The notes under the pieces are model-generated. The model did no database searches, had not been told where the DNA came from, and saw only the letters and a program-made list of their open reading frames with translations. A DNA stretch of 64,000 bases, from positions 16,801 to 80,800 of the forward strand of contig CAWCLV010000009.1 of NCBI GenBank assembly GCA_963796485.1, in the 5' to 3' direction. Positions within the stretch are counted from its first letter, which is position 1. Every line of letters starts with the position of its first letter. This DNA is from Bryobacterales bacterium. Lineage in GTDB: Bacteria > Acidobacteriota > Terriglobia > Bryobacterales > Bryobacteraceae. Below, one piece after another: positions 1-9,113 of this stretch. The translations under genes were made by a program, and so were the position numbers.

Positions 1-1235
1 TTTGCCTGCGCCATCGCGGCCTTCGTCTTGGGAATGAGAGCCGGGGCAGCCAGCGCAAGCGCCAGGATCGCAACGAACGTGGCGACGTAGCCCAGGACGA
101 ACTTCGGAAATCGCTCCCAGATCTGGATTGCTTTGACCTTCTCCCCCGGCTTCGGCTCGATCTTCGCCGACCAGATCCAGGCCAGCACGAATGCCCAGAC
201 GCCGATGAAGATGTCGATGAAGACCTTCACGGTGGTGCTTGCCCCCAGTATCCAGCCGGGTTGGTAATGGATCCCGTTCGCGGCAGCCTTGGCGCGGATC
301 AGGGCTTCGGCGATGGCCCCGCTGGTAACCGCCGCCCCGTCCGTTTTCACCGCCAATCCCATCCAGGCCCCTGCCACCATAGGTTCGCGGTAAAGGAAAG
401 TCTGCGCCAGGAACGGCAGCGCGACCATCTCGACAACGGCGAAAATCACGACCAGTGACGAGACCATCACCGGAACGACCGGCCTCGCTTTAATGGCCGA
501 ACCCGTGGCAATTGCCGCGGAAACGCCACAGATGGAGATTCCGGATGCCAGCGGCGCGGCCCACTCACGGCTGAAGCCGAAGTAGCGGCGAGCCACATAA
601 TAGACCACCGCCCAATAAATAAGGTAGGCGGCGACGATGGCACACAGGCCGTGGAACATCATGGACGTGGCCAGCCCCGTCTGTTCGGCTGCGGTAACGC
701 CTAACATTCCCCCCAGGATGACGATGCCCGTTTTCACGTACAACTCCGGCCGGATGGCTTCTTTCATCCGGGCCGCGGCAAAGGGAAAGAAGTTGGCCAG
801 GATCAATCCGGCCGCGAGCGCCACGATGAAGCCCGCCTCGTTCGTCAGGCTGAGCGACCATCCGATTCCGAAAGCGGCACGCTTGTCGCCGGTCGCGGCA
901 ATGTACGCCCAGCTTCCAAGAATCCAGCAGAGATAGCTTGCGAAGAAGACGAACGTGAACCCCTTAGCGAAGCGCAGCGGGTCGAAATGGAGCGCGCTTG
1001 CTCCCAGGGTAAGGAGGACCACCAGAAAAAGGTATGTGAGCAGCAGGGAAGCCGGCCCGCCCAGGGCGGCGTAGCTTTTCGAAGCCGGGGCCAGGGCGGT
1101 GGAGACATTGGTCCAGACGGAGGTCGTGACGGCCCATCCCAGCAGGTCGCGTCCAATAAAGCCCGCCAGCGAGAGAGCAAAAATGAACAGGCCGAGCAAT
1201 ACCGCGAGCCAGTCTTCCGTGAGCCCCTTTTTCAT
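1..1235 (-). CDS. YeiH/UPF0324-family polytopic membrane protein (family often annotated as putative sulfate exporter); C-terminal end runs off the window
   Basis: I translated the reverse strand by hand from the ATG at 1235-1233 (MKKGLTEDWLAVLLGLFIFALSLAGF...). The frame stays open to position 1, so it is absent from the ORF track (no stop in window). The product is multi-TM and contains ASGISICGVSAAIATGS, resembling the G-x-SICG motif of E. coli YeiH. The start overlaps the dsrP stop (ATGA). Confidence 0.6.
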   Translation of the reverse strand, partial: MKKGLTEDWLAVLLGLFIFALSLAGFIGRDLLGWAVTTSVWTNVSTALAPASKSYAALGGPASLLLTYLFLVVLLTLGASALHFDPLRFAKGFTFVFFASYLCWILGSWAYIAATGDKRAAFGIGWSLSLTNEAGFIVALAAGLILANFFPFAAARMKEAIRPELYVKTGIVILGGMLGVTAAEQTGLATSMMFHGLCAIVAAYLIYWAVVYYVARRYFGFSREWAAPLASGISICGVSAAIATGSAIKARPVVPVMVSSLVVIFAVVEMVALPFLAQTFLYREPMVAGAWMGLAVKTDGAAVTSGAIAEALIRAKAAANGIHYQPGWILGASTTVKVFIDIFIGVWAFVLAWIWSAKIEPKPGEKVKAIQIWERFPKFVLGYVATFVAILALALAAPALIPKTKAAMAQA

Positions 1236-2428
1236 CGAACCGCCTCCGCCAGGGAAGTCTCGACAACGAACATCGACTCGCCGCGCACCGAAAGCGCGAT
1301 CTTGTAGAACACGGTAAGCATCAGCGCCCCAATTGCCCAGATCCCCAGGGCGATCAGCGCCTCGGGAAGAGACGGCGCGTACGTGGTCACCGCCCCCAGC
1401 GGTGACGGCACAAAGGCGGCGACGATCAGGCCAATGCCTTTATCGATCCAAAGCGAAAAGAAGACCATGGCGCACGCTATAGCGAGCAAGTTGTTCCTAT
1501 AACGATAGCGCGGAACTATCAACAGAAGTAGCGACGCGGCAGCGAGCGCCATGGATAGCCACATCCACGGCACCAGCGGCCCGTGCCCCCCCAATCCGGT
1601 GAAAAGGTAGCGGAGCGGCTGTTCGTCTTCCGGTATCCCGCTGTAGAGCGCCGTGAAGAGTTCCATCAGGACGAAAAAGACATTGATCACCATCGCGTAC
1701 GTGACGACCAGGCTCAGCTTGCGCAGAGCGCCGGCTCCAGGCGGGAACTTTGTGAGCTTACCGATCAGCATGCATAAGAGGATCAGCAACGCGGGTCCGG
1801 CCGCGAAGGCCGATGCCAGGAAGCGGGGCGCCAGAATGGCGGTCAGCCAGAGAGGCCGGCCGGGCAGGCCGCAGTAGAGAAACGCCGTAACGGTATGGAT
1901 GCTGACGGCCCATGGGATCGACAACAGAATTACGGGACGGATCCAGCGGGGTGGCGCAACCCCTTCGCGCTCGGCGCGGAGTGTGATCCACGCAATTACT
2001 GCGTTCAGCACCAGGTAGCCTCCCAGCGAAACCATGTCCCAGAACATCAGCGAGTGCGGGGTCGGATAGAGCAGTACGTTGAAGACGCGCGAAGGCTGCC
2101 CCATGTCCACGAAGATGAAAAGCATGCACATGGTCACCGCCGCCACCGCCAGGAACTCTCCCAAAATAGTGATTCGCGCGAAATCCTTGACATGATGCAG
2201 GTAATAAGGCAGCACCACCATTACGGCGGAAGCGGCCACGCCTACCAAAAAGGTGAACTGGGCGATGTACAGGCCCCAGGAAACGTCGCGGCTCATGCCG
2301 GTCACGGCCAGGCCGTATTGCAGTTGGTAGAGATAGCACGCGAAACCGGCGCCGATCACCAGGAGAAGGCCGAGAATCCAGAGCCGGTACCCGCGGCTGC
2401 CTGTAAGTGCCTTCTCAAATAGAAACAT
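1232..2428 (-). CDS. dsrP: DsrP, NrfD/PsrC-type integral membrane quinone-interacting subunit
   Basis: 398-aa polytopic membrane ORF. It is the last gene in a canonical M-K-J-O-P order, 9 nt after dsrO. Confidence 0.85.
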   Translation of the reverse strand: MFLFEKALTGSRGYRLWILGLLLVIGAGFACYLYQLQYGLAVTGMSRDVSWGLYIAQFTFLVGVAASAVMVVLPYYLHHVKDFARITILGEFLAVAAVTMCMLFIFVDMGQPSRVFNVLLYPTPHSLMFWDMVSLGGYLVLNAVIAWITLRAEREGVAPPRWIRPVILLSIPWAVSIHTVTAFLYCGLPGRPLWLTAILAPRFLASAFAAGPALLILLCMLIGKLTKFPPGAGALRKLSLVVTYAMVINVFFVLMELFTALYSGIPEDEQPLRYLFTGLGGHGPLVPWMWLSMALAAASLLLLIVPRYRYRNNLLAIACAMVFFSLWIDKGIGLIVAAFVPSPLGAVTTYAPSLPEALIALGIWAIGALMLTVFYKIALSVRGESMFVVETSLAEAVR

Positions 2429-2437
2429 ATGGAATCC

Positions 2438-3157
2438 TCACACGATGTAGTAGACCTGCGGGTGCGTGCCCAGTTCGGGCTTTCGCCGAACCGTGTGCCG
2501 CGTCCGAAGGAGTTCCCGAATGGCCGAGCGCGGATCGGCGAGGTTGCCGAAGACCAGCGCTTTCTCCGGGCACGCCTCCACGCACGCCGGGGGCTTTCCG
2601 ACTGCGAGCCGCTCGCTGCAAAAATTGCACTTCTCCACAACGCCTTTGGTGCGGGTGGGAAATTCACGGTTCACATTGTGAATATAGGGGCGCGGGTCCA
2701 TCCAGTTGAAACTGCGGGAACCGTACGGACAGGCGGCCATGCAGTACCGGCAGCCGATGCAGCGGTGCCAGTCCATGGCAACGATTCCGTCCTCGCGCCG
2801 GAAGGTGGCTTGTGTCGGGCAGACCCGCACGCACGGGGGATTGTCGCAGTGGTTGCACAACAGCATGAATGGCACGGCCGGCACTTCCGCGTAATCCGCC
2901 TCGATGGCGAAGGCATGCTGCGCGGAATCCTTCCAGATCCAACGGACGTCGCGCCGAGGGTCGGGAATCGACGGGACGTTATGCGCCTGGTTGCAGGCGG
3001 CGATGCACTTCGTGCAATTCGGCTGCTTCAGGCACTTCGCCACGTCCACGACCATTCCCCAGCGCGCCGGCGTCACCGCGGCGCGCAACCTGCCCGCGCA
3101 GTTGGCGAGGAAGGAGAGTCCGCTGAGCCGCAGGAACGATTGCCTGGTGATCGTCAT
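2438..3157 (-). CDS. dsrO: DsrO, periplasmic 4Fe-4S ferredoxin-like subunit
   Basis: Start moved to [13 protein letters not shown] (Tat-like leader, 4-nt overlap with dsrJ) instead of track start 3421. Several Cys clusters are present ([34 protein letters not shown]...CVEACP). Confidence 0.85.
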   Translation of the reverse strand: MTITRQSFLRLSGLSFLANCAGRLRAAVTPARWGMVVDVAKCLKQPNCTKCIAACNQAHNVPSIPDPRRDVRWIWKDSAQHAFAIEADYAEVPAVPFMLLCNHCDNPPCVRVCPTQATFRREDGIVAMDWHRCIGCRYCMAACPYGSRSFNWMDPRPYIHNVNREFPTRTKGVVEKCNFCSERLAVGKPPACVEACPEKALVFGNLADPRSAIRELLRTRHTVRRKPELGTHPQVYYIV

Positions 3158-3555
3158 TTGGCGCCCCCGGTGTTGGCCTTGAAGTCGGAGTGGCAGTCCC
3201 AACAAGGGATTGAAACAGCTTCGTAGTTGTGGCAGCGGTCGCAAAACTCGGCCCTGCCGGCGGTATGGCACTGTTCGAGACACGTCGAAGTGAGGCTCAT
3301 GTTGTAGCGCTGCCCGTTGAACGCCGTGAACTCGCGCCCTCCCTGCCGGACGACCTGCTCCCTCCAGTCGAGCAACAACTTCATGTGCGACGACTTCATG
3401 TAGGCCACGGGCGCCACACACTGCCGCGCACCGGCGGGCAGCACCGGGTTCGGCCCCTTGGGCGTAACCGCCGCGGAGAGGTTGTGCCAGAGCGGGAACG
3501 TGGCGAACACAAGGAAGATCGCCAAGGCCGTCCAGATAATGCCGCGATCACGCAT
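3154..3555 (-). CDS. dsrJ: DsrJ, membrane-anchored triheme cytochrome c
   Basis: 133 aa with an N-terminal hydrophobic anchor and exactly three CxxCH motifs (CLEQCH, CDRCH, CWDCH). Confidence 0.85.
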   Translation of the reverse strand: MRDRGIIWTALAIFLVFATFPLWHNLSAAVTPKGPNPVLPAGARQCVAPVAYMKSSHMKLLLDWREQVVRQGGREFTAFNGQRYNMSLTSTCLEQCHTAGRAEFCDRCHNYEAVSIPCWDCHSDFKANTGGAK

Positions 3556-5158
3556 GGACCACCTCCGCCTTTGCCAGCGGCTCGCCGCGTAAGTCGGTGG
3601 TTCGTGGATGCTCGCCGCGCATGACGAGCGCGTTGCCCACCAGTTCGTGAATCCCGGCGACCTCCACCCCGGGCACCCAATACTCCAGAAGCGGCGGGAG
3701 AGTGGCTTTGTCGATGGCGCAGATGCACGTCAACAGGTTCACTCCGTAGCGCTCGTGGACGTATCTCACGGCATTGGCGCGAGGAAGTCCGCCGCGCATC
3801 CGCATTTCGAAATTTTCGTCCGTGCCCAGGCCCGACCCGCTCCCGCAACAAAACGTCTGCTCCCGAATCGTGTTCTCCGGCATCTCGTGGAACTGGTTGC
3901 ATACGCTGTGCAGGATATAGCGCGGCTCCTCGAGCAGCCCCATGGAACGCGCGGGGTTGCAGGAATCGTGAAACGTCACGTTCCAGCGATCGTTTCGGGA
4001 AGGGTCCAGCCGGAGCTTGCCGTTATGGATCAGGTCGGCCGTGAATTCGCAGATGTGCACCATCCTGGTGGATCGCGTATTCTCGAAGCGCGTGCCGGTT
4101 ACGGGGGAGACCGGCACCTCCAGGAAGTCGGCGGGCCCGTTCATCGTGTCCATGTACTGATGCAGGACACGCCACATGTGGCCGCACTCGCCGCCCAGGA
4201 TCCACTTCACTCCCAGCCGCTTGGCCTCCGCATAGATCTTGGCGTTCAGCCGCTTGATCATCTCGTGGGAGTTGAACAGGCCGAAATTGCCGCCTTCGGA
4301 GGCGTACGCGCTGAATGTATAATCCAGGCCAATCTCGTGAAACAGGGCCAGGTAGCCAAGGAACGTATAGTAATGCGGCGTCCCGAAGTAATCGGCCGAG
4401 GGCACGATGAACAGCACTTCGGCGCCCTTGCGGTTGATCGAGGCGTCCACCCGGATACCGGTGAGCTCTTCGAGTTCGTCCACCGCGAAATCCACACTGT
4501 CTTTGAAGCCATGCGGCTGCACACCGAGGTGATTACCGGTGCGAAAGCAGTTGGCCGCCGGTTCGAGCACCCAATTGATGTTGCACCCGATCAGGTTCAA
4601 TAACTCGCGGCCGATCATCGTGATCTCCGCGGTATCGATTCCATAGGGGCAGAACACCGAGCAGCGCCGGCACTCGGTGCATTGATAGAAGTAGTAGAAC
4701 CACTCCTTGATGACGTCTTCGGTCAGGTCGCGGGCTCCGGCAAGCTCGCCCAGGAGGCGGCCGGCCGGCGTGAAGTAGCGACGGTACACGCTCCGCATCA
4801 ACTCGGCGCGCAGCACCGGCATGTTCTTCGGATCGCCGGAGCCGAGGAAGAAGTGGCACTTATCCGCGCACGCCCCGCAGCGCACGCAGATGTCCATGAA
4901 AAGCCGGAAGGAGCGGAATTTTTCGAGCCGCTCCTTCATGCCGTCGAGGATGATCCGCTTCCAGTCCGGTGGAAGTTTCCAATCCTCGTCGAAGGGTTGC
5001 CACTCGCGGGCGTTAGGAAGGCCGAGATACTTCAGATTTTTGGGAAGAGCGCTATAACAAAAGGTGCCCTTGCGGAACTCGACCGCCGGATCCATCCAGT
5101 CGCGAGGCTGGGGCCCGTACTGAATCTGCACGAGTTCTTCCGGTTTCGGCTGGGACAT
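3548..5158 (-). CDS. dsrK: DsrK, HdrD-like cytoplasmic Fe-S/CCG-domain subunit
   Basis: 536 aa with Fe-S motifs CVRCGACADKC and CTECRRCSVFCP, plus a CCG-type motif (FCCGSGSG). It follows dsrM with a 3-nt gap. Confidence 0.9.
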   Translation of the reverse strand: MSQPKPEELVQIQYGPQPRDWMDPAVEFRKGTFCYSALPKNLKYLGLPNAREWQPFDEDWKLPPDWKRIILDGMKERLEKFRSFRLFMDICVRCGACADKCHFFLGSGDPKNMPVLRAELMRSVYRRYFTPAGRLLGELAGARDLTEDVIKEWFYYFYQCTECRRCSVFCPYGIDTAEITMIGRELLNLIGCNINWVLEPAANCFRTGNHLGVQPHGFKDSVDFAVDELEELTGIRVDASINRKGAEVLFIVPSADYFGTPHYYTFLGYLALFHEIGLDYTFSAYASEGGNFGLFNSHEMIKRLNAKIYAEAKRLGVKWILGGECGHMWRVLHQYMDTMNGPADFLEVPVSPVTGTRFENTRSTRMVHICEFTADLIHNGKLRLDPSRNDRWNVTFHDSCNPARSMGLLEEPRYILHSVCNQFHEMPENTIREQTFCCGSGSGLGTDENFEMRMRGGLPRANAVRYVHERYGVNLLTCICAIDKATLPPLLEYWVPGVEVAGIHELVGNALVMRGEHPRTTDLRGEPLAKAEVVHA

Positions 5159-5161
5159 GAC

Positions 5162-6157
5162 TCAGGACCTTTCGACCGGTAGGCCGGCCGCCTCGATCTT
5201 GTCGTGGAACTCCTCTTCCCATTCCTCGTAGGTGTGGACCTTCACGGGGTAATTCCAGGGGTTGACATGCCGCTTCATCCGGTTGTTGTTCGCGAGATTG
5301 CGGGTCGGGCTGAGGAATACGCCGCCCAGGTGTACCAGTTTGCTGAACGGTAGATACGCAGCCAGAGTACAAACCAGCATCAGATGAACGAAGAACAGCG
5401 CACCCGGATCGGAAGGCAGGGTGGGCGAGAAGACCGTCAGCGAAAGAGCAAGCTGCTTGACGGCCACGCCATCCACCCGTGAGAAGTACCGCATCCAGAC
5501 GCCTGTCCCGGTGATTCCCAGGAGGAGAAAGAGAGCGAAGTAATCCGTGAAGAGAGAGATGAACCGCACCTGCGGATCGCGAAAGCGCCGCTGCAGAAGG
5601 TAGAGAAGCGCCGCGAGCACGGCGACATCGGTGAGCAGGAGCGCGGGCGCTCCGATCCGGAAGAAGCCGTCCAGCTTCTCGAGCACCACCGCAACGCCGG
5701 GCACCGGCTCCACGAAGAACCGCAGATGCCGCAACAGAATAATCAGGAGCGACCAGTGGAATGCCAGCGCGCCGAGCCAAAGCCACCTGGCTTCTGCCTG
5801 AATCAGCCTGGGGCTTGCTTCAAGCCTCGACCGCGTGTTGCGGAAAAGGCTGCGGAACAGCAGAACTTCAAGCAGCATCCGGGCGACCACACCCGGCGTG
5901 GAATACGGGCTATCCAACCAGCCTGCCTTGATCCACGGCAATGACTTCTGCTGGCTGCAAACCGTCGGAATGCGAAATGGTACCGGCGACCTTGACCAGC
6001 GAATAACCCGCCAACTGAGTCCGGCTAACAGGATGGTCAGCGCGGCATACGGAACCGCGGCAGCCAGCGGCATCTGCACCCACGCAATCCGGCTCCCAGC
6101 CGCCGACAACAGCGAGATCGCGGCCACCAGCGATGCTGCCGCCAGCGCTTTTCTCAC
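5162..6157 (-). CDS. dsrM: DsrM, NarI-like dihaem cytochrome b membrane subunit
   Basis: 331-aa membrane ORF with His-bearing helices (FHWSLLIILLRHLRFF; FFVHLMLVCTLAAYLPFSKLVHLGG) typical of the NarI/HdrE/DsrM type. Confidence 0.85.
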   Translation of the reverse strand: MRKALAAASLVAAISLLSAAGSRIAWVQMPLAAAVPYAALTILLAGLSWRVIRWSRSPVPFRIPTVCSQQKSLPWIKAGWLDSPYSTPGVVARMLLEVLLFRSLFRNTRSRLEASPRLIQAEARWLWLGALAFHWSLLIILLRHLRFFVEPVPGVAVVLEKLDGFFRIGAPALLLTDVAVLAALLYLLQRRFRDPQVRFISLFTDYFALFLLLGITGTGVWMRYFSRVDGVAVKQLALSLTVFSPTLPSDPGALFFVHLMLVCTLAAYLPFSKLVHLGGVFLSPTRNLANNNRMKRHVNPWNYPVKVHTYEEWEEEFHDKIEAAGLPVERS

Positions 6158-6639
6158 CGGGCACCTCGCTCTTGCCAGGCCGATACCTCGCTCGGCGCCA
6201 ACCGGCGTTCCAGCACGAAAACACGCCTTCGGACTTCGTTGGCCCGCACCTCGTACGTCCGCTCCCGGTACTTCATATAGAGGTCGAGTGCCAGCAGCAC
6301 CAGTTCGTCGATTCGCCCGTTCAGCAGTTCCCGGTCGGCGCCGGCGAGTTCAACGCGCAGAATATCTTTGAGCTGAAACAGGAACTCCAACGCCCGGCTC
6401 GGAGGCACGTTCTCCACGGCGCGCATCTGCATCAGCGAATCGAGCGCGCCGTTTACGCGTTCACGGTCCATGCCGAGACACAACTCATCGAGCAGCGTGA
6501 GCAGCGCCTTCCGCATGGTCTGTCCCGACGGATTCCGAAACGGATCCCGTTCCGTGGCGAGGAACTCCGCCCCTTGCGGCGGATAGGTGCGGAGCACCCG
6601 CCGGAACCACACTTCGGCAATCAGATCCCTGCCCTCCAT
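6154..6639 (-). CDS. dsrT: DsrT-like protein (RsbRD N-terminal-domain type)
   Basis: Start placed at MEGRDLIAEVWF (track start 6765 would overlap dsrC). The DPFRNPSG...MQMRAVENVPPSRALEFLFQLKDIL pattern matches my recollection of DsrT. It sits directly upstream of dsrM, as in other dsr loci. Confidence 0.65.
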   Translation of the reverse strand: MEGRDLIAEVWFRRVLRTYPPQGAEFLATERDPFRNPSGQTMRKALLTLLDELCLGMDRERVNGALDSLMQMRAVENVPPSRALEFLFQLKDILRVELAGADRELLNGRIDELVLLALDLYMKYRERTYEVRANEVRRRVFVLERRLAPSEVSAWQERGAR

Positions 6640-6653
6640 GGCCCGCCTCCCGG

Positions 6654-6971
6654 CTATACGCAGCCTGTCGGCTTCGGAAGGCCGGCCAGCTTGCAGGCAC
6701 CCTTCGCAGGGCCCGATGGAAACAACTGGTAGATCTCGTTCAGCTTGAACCCGGTTTCCTTGCACAGTTTCCGGATCATGGGAGCGATCCCGAACTGCAG
6801 GTAATAGTTCCTCAGGTAGTTGATGATCTTCCAGTGGGCTTCCGTCAGTTCCGCGACCCCCTCGGAAGTGGCAAAATCGGTAGCCACATCCTGGTTCCAG
6901 ATCGAGGGCTCCTGCAGAAACCCGTCCTCATCCACGTCGTACGTCTTGCCATTACTTTCGAATACCGGCAC
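6654..6971 (-). CDS. dsrC: DsrC (TusE/DsrC family) with both redox-active C-terminal cysteines
   Basis: 105 aa ending in CKLAGLPKPTGCV, which is the canonical Cys-x10-Cys-x C-terminal arm. Confidence 0.92.
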   Translation of the reverse strand: MPVFESNGKTYDVDEDGFLQEPSIWNQDVATDFATSEGVAELTEAHWKIINYLRNYYLQFGIAPMIRKLCKETGFKLNEIYQLFPSGPAKGACKLAGLPKPTGCV

Positions 6972-6989
6972 TTCACACCTCCTGGTGAG

Positions 6990-8651
6990 TTAATTCATCT
7001 CCAAATACCCGCAGGGGCAGGCTTCGGCGCATTTCTTACAGCCGTTGCAAAGCTCCAGCTTGACCTTGTAATGTTCGCCCTTCGGCAGCTTGACGAAGCA
7101 GTTATTGGTGCAGTACATCCAGCATGTTTCGCAGTCCATGCACATGCCGCATGACATGCATCGCTTCGCTTCGGCCAGGGCTTCCGCCTCGCCGAGCCCC
7201 ACTTGGACCTCGGTTTCGGCGTCCCTCTGTTCCACCGGCACGTCCCCGCGCTCGTGGCGCTCCGCGGGTGGGTACCAGTCGAGCTTCACCTGCTCCGGTG
7301 TAATGCACGGACCGGGCACGGGTCGTTCCAGCGGCTGGTTGCGAATCCACGCATCGATCGCTTCCGCCGCGAACCGGCCCTGTGCGATCGCGATCGTGAC
7401 CAGCCCGAGTTCGACGCTGTCGCCTCCGGCGAAAACACCCTCCATGCCGGCCACGGCGGCATCATTCGTCGGAATCCACTTCTCTCCATTGCGTGCAAGA
7501 TCGAGTCCGTTGAGTTTCGGCTCCTGGCTGATCGCGGCGATGATGGTTGTCGCTTCCAGGTCGAACTCGGAACCGGGCCGCGGCACGGGACGCGGGCGCC
7601 CCGAGGCATCCGGCGTTCCGAGATCCATGCGAACGCAACGGAGACCGCTAGCTTCGCCGTTATGGCGCAGCACTGCGACCGGCGCGGTCAGGAATTGAAT
7701 TCGGACTCCCTCCTCGAGCGCTCCGTCGATCTCCGGCTTGATGGCCGGCATCTCCGAACGCGACCGGCGGTAGAGAATCGTCACATCGGCTCCGAGCCGC
7801 TTACTGACACGCGCCGAATCAATCGCGGTATCGCCGCCGCCGATCACCAGCACCTTCTTGCCGATCCGGACCTCCTCGCCGCTATTGACGCGGTTCAGAA
7901 ACTCCGTGCCGGTCAGGACGTTCGGCGCGTCGTCCCCGGGAATCCGCAGTTGGATACCCCGGTGGGCGCCGACCCCGACGAAAATCGCTTTGTATCGATT
8001 GCGGAGATCCTCTAAAGGAACATCGCTTCCCACTACGGTGTTACATTTCAGGTCGACGCCGAGTTCCAGGATCCGGTTGACCTCCGCATCCAGGACCTCG
8101 CGCGGCAGCCGGTACTTGGGAATGCCGTAGCGCAGCATGCCGCCGGCCTCGCGGAAGGCTTCAAATATCGTGACAGGATATCCGCGCCGGGCAAGCTGGT
8201 AGGCGCAGGAGAGCCCCGCCGGCCCGGCGCCTATGACGGCGACGCTTTCTGTGCGCTTTTCGGCGGTCAACCGCTCCAGTTTCAGACCTTGAGCGATTCC
8301 GAAATCGCCCACGAATTGCTCGAGCGCATTAATGGCGACTGCGCCATCCTTCTTACGACGGTTGCAGGCGTCCTCGCAGAGGTGCGGGCAGACTCGCCCG
8401 CACACTGCAGGGAAGGGGTTCCGGTCCGTGATCGTCTTCCACGCTATACGGTACGCTTCGTCCATCGAGCGCCCGAAAGCTTCCGCCTGCGCGATGGTCG
8501 TCAGCCACCCGCGAATATCCGTTCCTCCCGGACAGCCGCCCGCGCAGGGCGGCGCCTTGGGAACGTAAGCCGGCCGCTGCGGGCTGATCTCCGCTCCGGC
8601 CGGGGCGGTTGCCTTGATCACCGGCTTTTTCACTTGTTTAAACAGCGGCAT
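6990..8651 (-). CDS. dsrL: DsrL, GltD-like NAD(P)H:acceptor oxidoreductase with C-terminal 2x[4Fe-4S] ferredoxin domain
   Basis: 553 aa with an N-terminal Cys cluster (CGRVCPHLCEDAC) and two Rossmann motifs (VAVIGAGPAGLSCA; VLVIGGGDTAIDSA). The C-terminal ferredoxin part reads CMSCGMCMDCETC...CNGCKKCAEACP. Confidence 0.8.
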   Translation of the reverse strand: MPLFKQVKKPVIKATAPAGAEISPQRPAYVPKAPPCAGGCPGGTDIRGWLTTIAQAEAFGRSMDEAYRIAWKTITDRNPFPAVCGRVCPHLCEDACNRRKKDGAVAINALEQFVGDFGIAQGLKLERLTAEKRTESVAVIGAGPAGLSCAYQLARRGYPVTIFEAFREAGGMLRYGIPKYRLPREVLDAEVNRILELGVDLKCNTVVGSDVPLEDLRNRYKAIFVGVGAHRGIQLRIPGDDAPNVLTGTEFLNRVNSGEEVRIGKKVLVIGGGDTAIDSARVSKRLGADVTILYRRSRSEMPAIKPEIDGALEEGVRIQFLTAPVAVLRHNGEASGLRCVRMDLGTPDASGRPRPVPRPGSEFDLEATTIIAAISQEPKLNGLDLARNGEKWIPTNDAAVAGMEGVFAGGDSVELGLVTIAIAQGRFAAEAIDAWIRNQPLERPVPGPCITPEQVKLDWYPPAERHERGDVPVEQRDAETEVQVGLGEAEALAEAKRCMSCGMCMDCETCWMYCTNNCFVKLPKGEHYKVKLELCNGCKKCAEACPCGYLEMN

Positions 8652-8662
8652 GGTTCAGGTCC

Positions 8663-9097
8663 CTACGCGTACGGGTAAATGTTGCGCTTGAAATCCTCGA
8701 GCTGGCCGAGCAGCCGGTCGTGCTTCTTCTCGTCTTCCAGCAGGTATGTCAACAGGTGCCGCTGGACGAACAGCCGGCAGTTCTTGCGGGCGGACTCGGC
8801 CAATTCGATGGTCTTCTTCTCCATCTCCGCGTGCTTCTCCACCATGTCCCAGATATCGCCCAGCTCTTCGGGCGTCAGCGTGAAGGCTTGCTGCTCCACA
8901 CTATCGAGCAGCACCTGCTGGACACGATGATGCATCTGGGAGTCCTGGCGGATGATCTCCATCACCAGCCGGATCAGTGGGTTCTTCGTCTTGGCGATCA
9001 CCGCGCTGGTGTGCGTGATGGTGGCGGTCTCGATGTCTTGCCAGTTCTTCAGGAGTACCGTGAGCTCTTCAGGATTTTCGGCCGGCTTGGGACTCAT
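8663..9097 (-). CDS. Uncharacterised all-helical 144-aa protein between dsrB and dsrL
   Basis: Clean ORF, 16 nt after dsrB and 11 nt before dsrL. It is charged and amphipathic (MSPKPAENPEELTVLLKNWQDIE...EDEKKHDRLLGQLEDFKRNIYPYA), has no Cys, and matches no family I can name. Confidence 0.6.
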   Translation of the reverse strand: MSPKPAENPEELTVLLKNWQDIETATITHTSAVIAKTKNPLIRLVMEIIRQDSQMHHRVQQVLLDSVEQQAFTLTPEELGDIWDMVEKHAEMEKKTIELAESARKNCRLFVQRHLLTYLLEDEKKHDRLLGQLEDFKRNIYPYA

Positions 9098-9113
9098 GTT
9101 CAGCCTCGCTTTC

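Noticed and set aside
2438-3421. Long N-terminal extensions in the ORF track, for example dsrO from 3421, aprB from 19519, qmoA from 15938, dsrT from 6765 and the YkgJ-like gene from 16942.
   Set aside because: The track takes the most upstream ATG/GTG/TTG. The extensions overlap the preceding gene, are Arg/Ala-rich and lack conservation. Internal starts give canonical N-termini and ATGA/TGATG coupling, so I trimmed them.
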